Below, piece by piece: positions 30,429 to 39,564 of a stretch of DNA of 64,000 nucleotides. The notes under the pieces were generated by a model. That model did no database searches, was not told the origin of the DNA, and was given only the letters and a program-made list of their open reading frames with translations. The stretch spans positions 288,001 through 352,000 of the forward strand of contig CAWGMA010000002.1 in assembly GCA_963823555.1 (NCBI GenBank), written 5' to 3'. Position numbers and translations under genes: made by a program. Each line of letters opens with the position of its first letter. Positions within the stretch are counted from its first letter, which is position 1. The stretch comes from Candidatus Eiseniibacteriota bacterium (GTDB lineage: Bacteria; Eisenbacteria; RBG-16-71-46; CAVPCR01).

Positions 30429-30641
30429 TGGCTGTTGCGGGTTCCGCTCACCCGGGGGCGGCATCCCGCCTGCCTCCTCCGACCTCCCGGGGAGCCCCCG
30501 TTCTCCCACCTCGCGACCAGGCGCGAGCGGCCACCGGGATCCCGCCCCGGATCCCTCAGGTACACTGCCGCGGCGATTTGCTAGCATCATATGTCCGTTT
30601 CGCTCGGCCCCCCACCCATCAACACAGGACCCGGAAGGACC

Positions 30642-31163
30642 ATGAACACTCGCCATTGCTCTGTCTTGCTCATCCTGTTCGCCGTCACCACCCTCGGCAT
30701 CGCCCCGGCCCAGGCGGATCCGATTCCCTACCCCGATGAGTGGATCGGCGTCTGGGAGATCACGTCCATTGCTCGAGACTGCGACACGCAGGCTATCCTC
30801 TTTCAGAACACGGTTCTGGACACGATCTGTGCCGGGGAAATCTACGAGCCGGACCCGGAGGATCCGCTGACCTGCTCGGGGACGATCACCCAGAACACGG
30901 TCAGCATCCAGTGCGAGGGTTCCTACGAGGAGGAGCCGGGGTGCACGGCCAATGTGCAGCTCACGATCGATGGCACCCGCAACGGCAATGCATGGAGCTC
31001 GACGACTCGAATCGAGACCACTTTCGTCGGCTCGACGTGTCCCATCTCCGAGTTCTGCATCGTGACAACTCAGAACGCGGCCCGGATCGATCTCGATCCT
31101 GATTGCCCGGCGGCGCCCGTCGAGCCCATCACCTGGGGATCGCTCAAGCACATGTATGACTGA
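30642..31163 (+). CDS. Secreted beta-rich hypothetical protein with TWG C-terminal tail
   Basis: AAGGA RBS; signal peptide ending AQA; WIGVWEI; several Cys; ends VEPITWGSLKHMYD. Confidence 0.78.
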   Translation: MNTRHCSVLLILFAVTTLGIAPAQADPIPYPDEWIGVWEITSIARDCDTQAILFQNTVLDTICAGEIYEPDPEDPLTCSGTITQNTVSIQCEGSYEEEPGCTANVQLTIDGTRNGNAWSSTTRIETTFVGSTCPISEFCIVTTQNAARIDLDPDCPAAPVEPITWGSLKHMYD

Positions 31164-31216
31164 GACGCCGGCTCCCTCGTGAGGAAGGAGCGGTCGCACC
31201 TATTGCGATTCTCGAG

Positions 31217-31245
31217 CTGGGCGGCCTCCCGGGCCGCCCAGTTTC
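31217..31245. terminator. Hairpin terminator between convergent genes
   Basis: CTGGGCGGCC / GGCCGCCCAG followed by TTTC. Confidence 0.6.
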
Positions 31246-31256
31246 ATCCTGGCCCG

Positions 31257-32384
31257 CTACTGCAAGAGCGACAGGAACACCCCCGCCACGACCGCGGATC
31301 CGACCACTCCGGCGACATTGGGTCCCATCGCCGGCATGAGAACATTGACCTCGCCATCGGTGCTGTCGGAGACGAACTTCTGGACCACCCGCGCGGCCAT
31401 CGGCACGGCGGATACGCCGGCGGCGCCGATGCACGGGTTGATCTTCCTCGACGCCGGCAGCGCCAGGTTGAGGAGCTTCGCGAAGAGGACGCCGCCCGCC
31501 GTGCTGAAGGAGAACGCCACCGCTCCGAGCGCGAGGATCATGAGCGTCTGGGTCGTGAGAAATCTCGTGCTCTCCATCGTGGCGCCGACGGTGATGGCCA
31601 GGAAGATGGTGACGATGTCGATGAGCGGACCGCTGGCGGTCTTGCGCAGGCGCTCGGTGACCCCGCTCTCCCGGAGGAGGTTCCCGAACATGAGCATGCC
31701 GACCAGCGGTGCGCTCGAGGGCACGGCGAGAGAGGCCACGGCTCCCGTGACCAGCGGGAACAGGACGACCGCCGTCTTCGACACTCGCATCGCCTGCGGC
31801 ATCGGGATCGACCGCTCGTGCTTCGTGGTCAGGAGACGCATGATCGGCGGCTGGATGATGGGGACGAGCGACATGTAGCTGTAGGCCGCCAGTGCCACCG
31901 GGCCCAGGATGTGCGGGGCCAGCTGGGACGAGAGGAAGATCGTGGTCGGCCCGTCGGCGCCGCCGATGATCCCGATGGCAGCCGCCTCTTGCGGCGTGAA
32001 CCCGAAGAGGTAGGCCGCACCGAGAGCAGCGGCGAAGATTCCAAGCTGCGCGGCCGCACCGAGGAGGAAGGTGAGCGGGCGGGCCAGGAGCGGTCGGAAG
32101 TCCGTGAGCGCGCCGACCCCGAGGAAGATGATCGGCGGCAAGAGCTCGGTCTTGACGCCGGCCTGGTAGATCAACGAGATGATCCCGTGACCGTACGATC
32201 CGAGCTCGGCGAGAGGGAAATTGGCGAGCACGATGCCGAACCCGATCGGGATCAGGAGGAGCGGTTCGTAACCTCTCGTGATCGCCAGGTAGACCAGGGT
32301 TCCCGATATCGCGTACATGACCCAGTTGCCCCAGGTCATGTGCGCGAATCCGGATTGGCTCAGGAGTCGGATGATCTCGTCCAT
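31257..32384 (-). CDS. oadB: Na+-translocating decarboxylase beta subunit
   Basis: YEPLLLIPIGFG, PPIIFLGVGALTDF, IGIIGGADGPT, AAYSYMSLVP, IGAAGVSAVPMAARV, AMGPNVAG. Confidence 0.93.
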   Translation of the reverse strand: MDEIIRLLSQSGFAHMTWGNWVMYAISGTLVYLAITRGYEPLLLIPIGFGIVLANFPLAELGSYGHGIISLIYQAGVKTELLPPIIFLGVGALTDFRPLLARPLTFLLGAAAQLGIFAAALGAAYLFGFTPQEAAAIGIIGGADGPTTIFLSSQLAPHILGPVALAAYSYMSLVPIIQPPIMRLLTTKHERSIPMPQAMRVSKTAVVLFPLVTGAVASLAVPSSAPLVGMLMFGNLLRESGVTERLRKTASGPLIDIVTIFLAITVGATMESTRFLTTQTLMILALGAVAFSFSTAGGVLFAKLLNLALPASRKINPCIGAAGVSAVPMAARVVQKFVSDSTDGEVNVLMPAMGPNVAGVVGSAVVAGVFLSLLQ

Positions 32385-32396
32385 GTGCTTGCCCCG

Positions 32397-34274
32397 TCAT
32401 CCAATCGTGATGAGAGGCCGCGATGAATCGGGTTCATCGCCCACCCGGACATGGACGGCGATCACGGAGCCGTCGCGCGGCGAACGGACCTCGTGCTTCG
32501 CCTTCATCGCCTCGACGGCGGCGAGCACCTGACCCTTCTTCACCGCATCGCCCACCTTCACCAGGATCTCGACCACCTCGACCGATCCGCCGAAGCCCGA
32601 GAAGACGGGCGTGCCCGTGGCGACCGCCGTGCCGGCCCCGGCGGCCGGAGCGGCCGCCGCGACGGCGGCGCCGCCGCCCCCCGCGGCGCCCATGGGCTCG
32701 ACCGTGACGAGGAAGGTCCGGAGGCGCCCGTTCTCATCCACCGTGCAGCGCGAGGTGACCGGTCCCGTCGCGGCGATCGGGGCTGGCGCGACCGCCACCG
32801 GTGCCGCGGCTGGAGCCGGCGCGCCGGCTCCCTTGTCGCCGTTTCGCTTGATGAGCGGAATGTCGATCTTGGCGTTGCCGGTGAGGAAGCGGATCCCTTC
32901 GTTGGCCTCCATGTTCTTTCCCGGCACGATGGCGGAGAGGACGAGGAAGATGTTGCGCTCCGTCACCGGGAGCTTCCGCTCTTCCAGCTCCTTCCTTGCG
33001 ATCTCGATGTTCTTCGGGGCCGCCTCGAGCGGATCGCCCTCGAAGGGCGCGAGCTTGAGTTGCTCGGAAGCCTTGGCCACGACGGCTGGATCGGGCGACA
33101 GCGGCGTCTTTCCGAAGTAGCCGAGCACGGCCCGGCCGTAACCCGAATCGATCTTCTCCCAGCGACCGTACATGACGTTGTTGAAGGCCTGGAGCCAGTA
33201 CTGCTGGCTACCGGGCGTGACGCTGGTCCAGGCTCCACCGGCCTCGACCACGACCGGGAACTCGGCCAGCACGTCACCGTACTTGTTGAGGATGCCGGCC
33301 TTCGCCATCATGTGGACGTTGGGTCCGATCGCGCCGCCCGGCATCGGGAACCCGACCACACGGGCATCCGCCGTGGTCGTGGTCGGGTTGAAGTCGTATT
33401 CCTTGAGCCCCTCGTTCAGCAGATCCTCGATCTCCGGGATCTTGCTCACGTCCAGATCGAGCGAGTAACCCGTCCCCTTCAGGGCGTGCGCCACCGAGCG
33501 GACATCGGGTTGGACGGTCCCGCTGGCCATCGGGCGAACCGACAGATCGATGCCGTCCACCCCACCCTGGATGCCCGCCATGTAGCAGGCCACCGCCATG
33601 CTGGCGGTGTCGTGGGTGTGGAACCAGAGCGGCATCTCGGGCGGCATCAGCTTGCGGAGCCCGACGGCGGTGTCGTAGACGGTCTTGGGGTCGGTGGTCC
33701 CGCTGGCATCCTTGAGGCAGATGCTGTCCATATGGAGGCCGCTCTTCAGGAGCTGGGCGCCGATATCGATATAGAAGGCAGCCGTGTGCACCTTGTCGGA
33801 CTTGAAGGGAAGCCCCATGAGGGCGATCGCCGCCTGGTGGTGCATGCCGGAGTCGACGATCGGCTGCCCGGTGTTGATGAGATTCCGGACATCGTTCATG
33901 TAGTCGAAATTCCGATCCCAGGTGGTCCCGGCCTCATGCATGAGCTTGGCCTGCAGGGTCAGCGCCTCGATCGACTGCGTCGTCAGCGTCACCCCGGACA
34001 CCGAGCGCGTCAGGATCTGGAGATCGACTCCCGGGCCGACGGCGTCGCGGATCTTCTGCATGGTGGCGAAGGGATCCTCGCCCAGATAGAACAATGGAGC
34101 CTGGAACCGCGCTCCGCCTCCGAACTCGAAGTGACGGATGCCCGCTTCCACCGAGGCCTTCATGGCGGGAAGGAAATCAGCCAGACGAACCTTGCCGCCG
34201 AAGGAACTCTGGAGCCCGTCGCGGAACGGGGTGAACATGACGCGTATCTTCTTGGGCTTCGATGTGAAGATCAC
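32397..34274 (-). CDS. oadA: Carboxyltransferase plus biotinyl domain (oxaloacetate decarboxylase alpha / PycB-like)
   Basis: FRDGLQS, GGGARFQ, CLKDASG, HTH, MPGG, VTPGSQ; Ala/Pro linkers; VEAMK biotin site; GTG start overlaps the upstream stop. Confidence 0.85.
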   Translation of the reverse strand: MIFTSKPKKIRVMFTPFRDGLQSSFGGKVRLADFLPAMKASVEAGIRHFEFGGGARFQAPLFYLGEDPFATMQKIRDAVGPGVDLQILTRSVSGVTLTTQSIEALTLQAKLMHEAGTTWDRNFDYMNDVRNLINTGQPIVDSGMHHQAAIALMGLPFKSDKVHTAAFYIDIGAQLLKSGLHMDSICLKDASGTTDPKTVYDTAVGLRKLMPPEMPLWFHTHDTASMAVACYMAGIQGGVDGIDLSVRPMASGTVQPDVRSVAHALKGTGYSLDLDVSKIPEIEDLLNEGLKEYDFNPTTTTADARVVGFPMPGGAIGPNVHMMAKAGILNKYGDVLAEFPVVVEAGGAWTSVTPGSQQYWLQAFNNVMYGRWEKIDSGYGRAVLGYFGKTPLSPDPAVVAKASEQLKLAPFEGDPLEAAPKNIEIARKELEERKLPVTERNIFLVLSAIVPGKNMEANEGIRFLTGNAKIDIPLIKRNGDKGAGAPAPAAAPVAVAPAPIAATGPVTSRCTVDENGRLRTFLVTVEPMGAAGGGGAAVAAAAPAAGAGTAVATGTPVFSGFGGSVEVVEILVKVGDAVKKGQVLAAVEAMKAKHEVRSPRDGSVIAVHVRVGDEPDSSRPLITIG

Positions 34275-34486
34275 TTCACTTCCTCCACATGGGTGACTTT
34301 CGTCCCCGGATAGAGGCTTGAGTAGACGGAGGTCACGGCGGCCACGAGGGCGGCATCCCCCTCTCCTTCCACTGCCGGGAAGGCCATCGTGATCAAGCGG
34401 ATGCTTCCGGCGAGAACCGCCAGCAAGACGAGAACGGAGCCGAAGGCAATGGTCGATATGCTGAAGAGATCCGGTGTGGGCATCAT
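34271..34486 (-). CDS. oadG: Decarboxylase gamma subunit (OadG-like)
   Basis: 71 aa; one TM helix (AFGSVLVLLAVLAG) plus DAALVAAVTS; directly upstream of oadA. Confidence 0.75.
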   Translation of the reverse strand: MMPTPDLFSISTIAFGSVLVLLAVLAGSIRLITMAFPAVEGEGDAALVAAVTSVYSSLYPGTKVTHVEEVK

Positions 34487-34497
34487 GGTCCTGGTCG

Positions 34498-35433
34498 TTA
34501 GTTGGGGAGCAGTTCCAGCCTCCCGGTGGGAATCGGGGATGGAGCTCCATCGAGAAAGAGCTGCAGATCGTCGCCGATCGACGATACGACGCCGTCCCTG
34601 AGCTCCTCGCCCATGGCGCCGCTCCGATCGCGGTGGACGCGCACGTGCCTTCCGAGCACGAGCGACCGTGAACGGTAGAGATCGAGGAATCGAGGAAGGC
34701 TGCCGGCCAGCAGCGACCGATAGTTGGTCCCGAGATGGGCGGCCAGGCTGTGGAACACGGCCGACAGGGAGCACTGCGATGGATCAAGAGAGAACTCCCG
34801 GACCGACCCGACTTGCGGCACGAAGGGAGTCGCGGGCACGACGGGAGTCACCTCGACATTGAGGCCGATGCCCAGCGTGGCGCTGATCACGGTGGCGTCC
34901 TGAATCTGGGCACTGGCCAGAACGCCCCCGACCTTGGCCGGGCCGATCATGACGTCATTGACCCACTTCACGGCTGGCGGCTGATGCAGATTCCCCACAT
35001 CGTCGAGGGATTGCAGGACCGACACCGCGGCGAGAACGGTGAACGCCACACCGGCATGCTCGATCCTGGAACTGGGATGGACGAGAGCGCAGAGATGGAG
35101 ATTGCCCGGGGCGGCGACCCAGGGCCGATCCTTGAAGCCATGGAAGCGTTCGCCGGTGCCGGCGATCGCGAGCAGGTCCGCGGCCGGGGAGGACGAACGG
35201 GCCAGCCGGTTGAGGACATCGAACTGCGAGTCGGATGCGCGGCCGACGGCAACGAGGTGCTCCCAGCCCGATGGCAACAGGACATCGGCGCGCTGAACGC
35301 GGTCGGCCTGCACCAGGGCTTCTACGATCGGTCGAATGGAAGGCTCGAGGGCCCTGGTCTTGATCGGTTCCCACCTCAGATCGTCCTGAATCAAGCGGTG
35401 GGCGAACCGGATGTCGTCGGTGTAGAGAACCAC
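34498..35433 (-). CDS. Biotin--protein ligase (BirA/BPL-like)
   Basis: FHGFKDRPW..PGNLHL, VKWVNDV, KVGGVL, GIGLNV; first gene of the oad operon. Confidence 0.8.
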   Translation of the reverse strand: MVLYTDDIRFAHRLIQDDLRWEPIKTRALEPSIRPIVEALVQADRVQRADVLLPSGWEHLVAVGRASDSQFDVLNRLARSSSPAADLLAIAGTGERFHGFKDRPWVAAPGNLHLCALVHPSSRIEHAGVAFTVLAAVSVLQSLDDVGNLHQPPAVKWVNDVMIGPAKVGGVLASAQIQDATVISATLGIGLNVEVTPVVPATPFVPQVGSVREFSLDPSQCSLSAVFHSLAAHLGTNYRSLLAGSLPRFLDLYRSRSLVLGRHVRVHRDRSGAMGEELRDGVVSSIGDDLQLFLDGAPSPIPTGRLELLPN

Positions 35434-35570
35434 CCGTCGTCGTCCTTGGGGATCGCCAATCTGAGCCTACACCCGGGCGATAGTGTAGCACGGTCCAGGC
35501 GGTCGCGGTCCGCGAAGCCCCGCCCGGGCCGGTCGAGCGGGGCATACGGGGCCGGAGGGGGACCGCGGGC

Positions 35571-35604
35571 AAAGCAAAGCGGGCGGCCTCGCAGCCGCCC
35601 GCTT
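35571..35604 (-). terminator. Intrinsic terminator of the 35629-36378 gene
   Basis: AAGCGGGCGGC / GCCGCCCGCTT stem followed by TGCTTT on the minus strand. Confidence 0.7.
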
Positions 35605-35628
35605 GAGAGGACCAGGTTTCGGCCCGGT

Positions 35629-36378
35629 CTACTTGTAGGTGCTCTTGATGGCGCCCCAGGTCGTGTTCTCGACAGGGACCGCGCCGCAGAGGTTCTGAGC
35701 GCAGGGCGAATCCCCATCGACGTTGTAGATGCCCTGCGGGTTCTGGAGGAAGCAACCGCCGGCACCCTCGGTGCCCGCGAGGCAGATCATCCCCCAGCCG
35801 CCGTCGCAGTCCACGCAGCGGGCCACACCGGCGGGATCGAAGTCGGCCGTGCCGTCGGGGCCGGTGTCGGGGCCGAGGCCCGGCACACCATAGTAGGTGA
35901 AGCAGTCGCCCTGGCTCGGCCGGCCCATGCCGACGCCGTCCACGATGGTGCCCGGGAAGGGTCCATCTTCCATGCAGTCATCGTTGGCATCGATGTCGTC
36001 CCCGACGTTGCCGGTGAAGTCGGCGACGAGCAGGATGGTGACACCACCGTTCTCGATGTTGAGCGTCTCCACCTGGTCGGCGCAAATGACCCGCGCCTGC
36101 CCGACCGTGTAGAAACCGCTGGCGCCCACCATGCCCGTGAGCTGGATCGCCTTGTCGATGGTGCCCGTGGCGCTGCCGAAGTCACCTTCGATCTCGATGA
36201 TCCAGAAGCGGCTGAGGTCCGTGCCCGGATCGGCGCAGATCTCCACGAACTCGTAGTCGTCCGTGCTCGTGTCGTTGCGGGAAACTTCGTTCAAGTGAGG
36301 CGCGACCTGCGCCACTGCGAGCGAAGCAAGACCGAGCGAACAGATGGCAGCAAGGAGAAGCGTTATCGAGGTCTTCAT
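35629..36378 (-). CDS. Secreted lamin-tail-like domain protein with TWG C-terminal tail
   Basis: Signal peptide; LNEV....DDYEFVEI; IEN...TILLV; IVDGV; ends VENTTWGAIKSTYK; RBS GGAGG. Confidence 0.78.
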   Translation of the reverse strand: MKTSITLLLAAICSLGLASLAVAQVAPHLNEVSRNDTSTDDYEFVEICADPGTDLSRFWIIEIEGDFGSATGTIDKAIQLTGMVGASGFYTVGQARVICADQVETLNIENGGVTILLVADFTGNVGDDIDANDDCMEDGPFPGTIVDGVGMGRPSQGDCFTYYGVPGLGPDTGPDGTADFDPAGVARCVDCDGGWGMICLAGTEGAGGCFLQNPQGIYNVDGDSPCAQNLCGAVPVENTTWGAIKSTYK

Positions 36379-36471
36379 GTGTTCTTAATCCTCCGGGAGT
36401 AGGGAGTGTCAAGCGTCGAGGAACGGCACGCCAACCCTGGCGGCCACTTGCCTCCCAGATGCACCCTCAAG

Positions 36472-36500
36472 ACTATAGCAGAGAAGAGGGTGGATCTCAA
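36472..36500 (-). promoter_or_regulatory. Sigma70-like promoter with extended -10
   Basis: Minus strand TTGAGA-17 bp-TATAGT, with TG at the extended -10 position. Confidence 0.6.
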
Positions 36501-36571
36501 GTGAGCCGACATCGGAGCGACCGCTCAGCGTGAGGCTCGAGCGGTCGCTCCGGCGTCCAAGCGGGTCCCTA

Positions 36572-39220
36572 TCAGTGCAGGAGCAACATGGCTCTGCTGA
36601 CATTCACATCATGGACCCGGACTCGGTAATAGTACACACCCGCTGCGGCACGCCGGCCATCTGCACTCCTTCCGTCCCAGGGCACGGCGTGTATTCCTGA
36701 GAGGTAGCGGGTGCCCTGGGCCAGCGATCGCACGTGGCGCCCGGTGACATCGAACAGATCGATGTCAACCTCCGTCGCGGCGGGCAACTCGAACCGGATG
36801 GAGGTCATCGTACTGAACGGATTGGGCGTGTTGTCCAGCACCCGGAAGCGGAGGGCGCTGGCCTGATCCGGGGCCGCGGTCGACGCACAGCCCTGGCCGT
36901 GGGCGCCGATGAGGACCCCGCAGGAGTTGTTCTGCGGGAGACACGGCGAGCCGGCGCGGAGCCCCATATCCCCGGTGTCATGACTACAGAGCAGCGGATC
37001 GAGCGCGAGATTCCCGTTGGCGCCGGCCTGTCCGGCAATGCAGCCGACCCAGTCGCCGCCGGCGTTGCCGTAGATGTCGCTGCAGCTCAGGGCCACGCTC
37101 CCGCTCGATGTGCAGTAGACGGCCTGGCCTTCGCTGCTGTGGGCGATGATCGTGTCCTCGACCAGCACATGCGCGCTGTTGCGCGTGTAGATGCCGGCAC
37201 CCTGCGGGGCGGCGTTCCCGCAGAAGGTGGAGTCGTAGACCCAGGGAACGGACTCGACCCGGTCCGCGTGCAAGGCGCCGCCCCAGTGGTCGGAGCTGTT
37301 GCGCCAGAAGGTGCAGCGGCCGATGTCCGGGCTGCCGCCATAGAGATGGATGGCGCCCCCGCCCCACAGGGCCCAGTTGTCCTGGAAGACGCAGTCGAGG
37401 TACTCGCCACCGGCACCGGGCAGCCCGGTGATGATGGCGCCCCCGGCGTTGTCGGCCGTGTTCCCGATGAACCGGCAGCCGGCGATGAGCGGGAACGCAT
37501 CGTTGCAGACGATGGCGCCGCCGCTGTCGGTGGCATGATTCTCCTCGAAGATGCAGTCGCGGATGGTGGGATCGGCACCGACCATCCGGATGGCTCCACC
37601 CGAGACCTGCCGCCCTCCCCGGAGCGTCACGCCTCGCAGCTCGGCATCGCGCGACTCGCCGTTGGCGAACACGAAGGCACGGTAGCTGGGGCCGGACAAG
37701 GCGCAGTCGATGATGCAGGTCGAGGGATCGCCGCTGATCGACTCGATGACCATGTTCTTGCCGCGATAGGAGATGTCATGGTTCCCGGGGCCGGAGAAGA
37801 TGCCATCGCCGAGGCGGATGGTGTCGCCGTCGGCGGCGATGTTGGCGGCGTCATCGATGGTCGCGACATCGCCGCTGCCATCGGGATAGACATAGTAGAC
37901 GTGGTTGCCGGGCCGGTCGAAGTACGTGGCCAGGGTCGGCGTGCGCGTGTCCGACCAGGCCACACCCGGCAGGATGCGCTGCCACTCGATCGCGACGGCC
38001 GCCGGCGCGTAGTCCGGGCTCGCCTCATGTGTATCGTTGACGACCTGGGTCCGAGGCCAGGAATGAACGCTCGTGACGGGAGTCCAGCGATACACGATGT
38101 CCTCGAGGCTGGAGAGATACGTCGCGTGGTAGCCGGTGTGGTCGGCGGCGATCGATGGAGCCTCCTCGTCGATCGCCGGCTGGCAGGAGAGGCAGAAGTC
38201 CGAGTTCCAGCTGGTGCCGCCGTTCTGCGTGTAGGCATACTTGACATCGTCGTGCTGCCCGCCGTTATCGACCTTGTACACGATCATGGCATCATCGCGT
38301 GTCTTGACGGCGGCGATCCGCGGCTCGTAACAGTCCTCACAGACGAACTGCAGCGGAGACCAGCTGAGGCCGTAGTCCGCGCTGGTGCGCACCGCAATGC
38401 CCCAGGGAACGAGGCCCGGATCGTCACCCGCGCCGGCCAGCACATAGAACCACGTTGCATAGAGAACGTCGTTGGCAAAGGCGATGTCGGGGGTGGCGAT
38501 GGCCTGGGCCAGGGGATGCAGGTTGCCCGAGGTCGACCACGATTGCCCTCTATCCGTCGAGACATGGACCTCGTCATCGACGATCAGATAGACGTAGTAT
38601 TCCGTGAACTCGAAATCATCCGTTGTGATGCGCGGTCCGTCCTCGTCGCGGGGGGCGACGGCAAAGGTCTCGAGCTGATTGGTGCTCAGGTTGATGCGGG
38701 TGATCTGAGCGTATCCGCCGTACTCATAGGCGATGAAGAGATAGTCCTGGGTGAACTCGGGGACCGTGATGTCCGGATGGGTGACGTCATTTCCCTCGAC
38801 ACCGCAGATCCAGCCGTAGTGGTTCCAGGTCGTGCCCCCGTCGTTGGAGCGGAAGAGGTTGATGCATGTGTTATCCATGCTCTCGACGATGGCAAAGAAC
38901 CGACCGGCGGTGTCGCCGGCCATGTTCAGGTTGCCCTCGATATCCGTGACCTGATCGGCAACCAGGATGTCGCCGCCCCAGCGTTGATGCTCGCCGGTGG
39001 AACCGTCGATCACTCCGACCTCGGGGACGGGCACGTCAGCCGGCACGGCGGCGTTCCGGGCGGGCATCAGCGCCTCGAAGCGGGCCCTGGTTGCTTCGAC
39101 ATCGCGGGTCTGTCGACTTGGCTCGATCCCCATGAGCGGCGAAGAGTCGGGCAGGGCGGTCTGTGGAAGCTGGATGAGAAGAACGAAGAAAATGCCCGCG
39201 GCAAGCCGTGGCGATGGCAT
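36572..39220 (-). CDS. Secreted BNR-propeller + beta-helix (GGAI repeats) + FlgD-Ig CTD protein
   Basis: RBS GGAGGT; S.D.G.TW boxes; GGAI/F..N repeats; NTPNPFSTMTSIRF...FDVTGRHV...WDGR...AGVYYYR. Confidence 0.85.
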   Translation of the reverse strand: MPSPRLAAGIFFVLLIQLPQTALPDSSPLMGIEPSRQTRDVEATRARFEALMPARNAAVPADVPVPEVGVIDGSTGEHQRWGGDILVADQVTDIEGNLNMAGDTAGRFFAIVESMDNTCINLFRSNDGGTTWNHYGWICGVEGNDVTHPDITVPEFTQDYLFIAYEYGGYAQITRINLSTNQLETFAVAPRDEDGPRITTDDFEFTEYYVYLIVDDEVHVSTDRGQSWSTSGNLHPLAQAIATPDIAFANDVLYATWFYVLAGAGDDPGLVPWGIAVRTSADYGLSWSPLQFVCEDCYEPRIAAVKTRDDAMIVYKVDNGGQHDDVKYAYTQNGGTSWNSDFCLSCQPAIDEEAPSIAADHTGYHATYLSSLEDIVYRWTPVTSVHSWPRTQVVNDTHEASPDYAPAAVAIEWQRILPGVAWSDTRTPTLATYFDRPGNHVYYVYPDGSGDVATIDDAANIAADGDTIRLGDGIFSGPGNHDISYRGKNMVIESISGDPSTCIIDCALSGPSYRAFVFANGESRDAELRGVTLRGGRQVSGGAIRMVGADPTIRDCIFEENHATDSGGAIVCNDAFPLIAGCRFIGNTADNAGGAIITGLPGAGGEYLDCVFQDNWALWGGGAIHLYGGSPDIGRCTFWRNSSDHWGGALHADRVESVPWVYDSTFCGNAAPQGAGIYTRNSAHVLVEDTIIAHSSEGQAVYCTSSGSVALSCSDIYGNAGGDWVGCIAGQAGANGNLALDPLLCSHDTGDMGLRAGSPCLPQNNSCGVLIGAHGQGCASTAAPDQASALRFRVLDNTPNPFSTMTSIRFELPAATEVDIDLFDVTGRHVRSLAQGTRYLSGIHAVPWDGRSADGRRAAAGVYYYRVRVHDVNVSRAMLLLH

Positions 39221-39529
39221 GAATGCACCTCCTGAATCAGCCATCCCCGATCTCGAGGACGGAGCCATTCACCTGCGATGCGGTGTGATCGCATGCGCCC
39301 ATCGACTGGTCCGGAGCGCAGGTACCGGCGTTCGGCGCGGCGTGGTTCTCCGGTGGCGGTCGCGGCACAGGACAGGACGAGCGCCGTGAGCACCGGATGG
39401 ATCGCTTTGCCCTCCGGTCGGCCGGAAACTCCGCGTCCCTGTAGGGTGAGTCGCTCCCCTGGCCCGAAAAGTCACAGTGAAATGATGATGAATCGGAGCT
39501 GTCCACGTGGATCAACCCTGCTTGGGACC

Positions 39530-39558
39530 TTGCCCGGCCGGCCCGCTGGGCCCACACT
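39530..39558 (+). promoter_or_regulatory. Putative promoter of a leaderless mRNA
   Basis: TTGCCC-17 bp-CACACT, 6 nt before ATG 39565; no SD sequence. Confidence 0.45.
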
Positions 39559-39564
39559 GACCCC

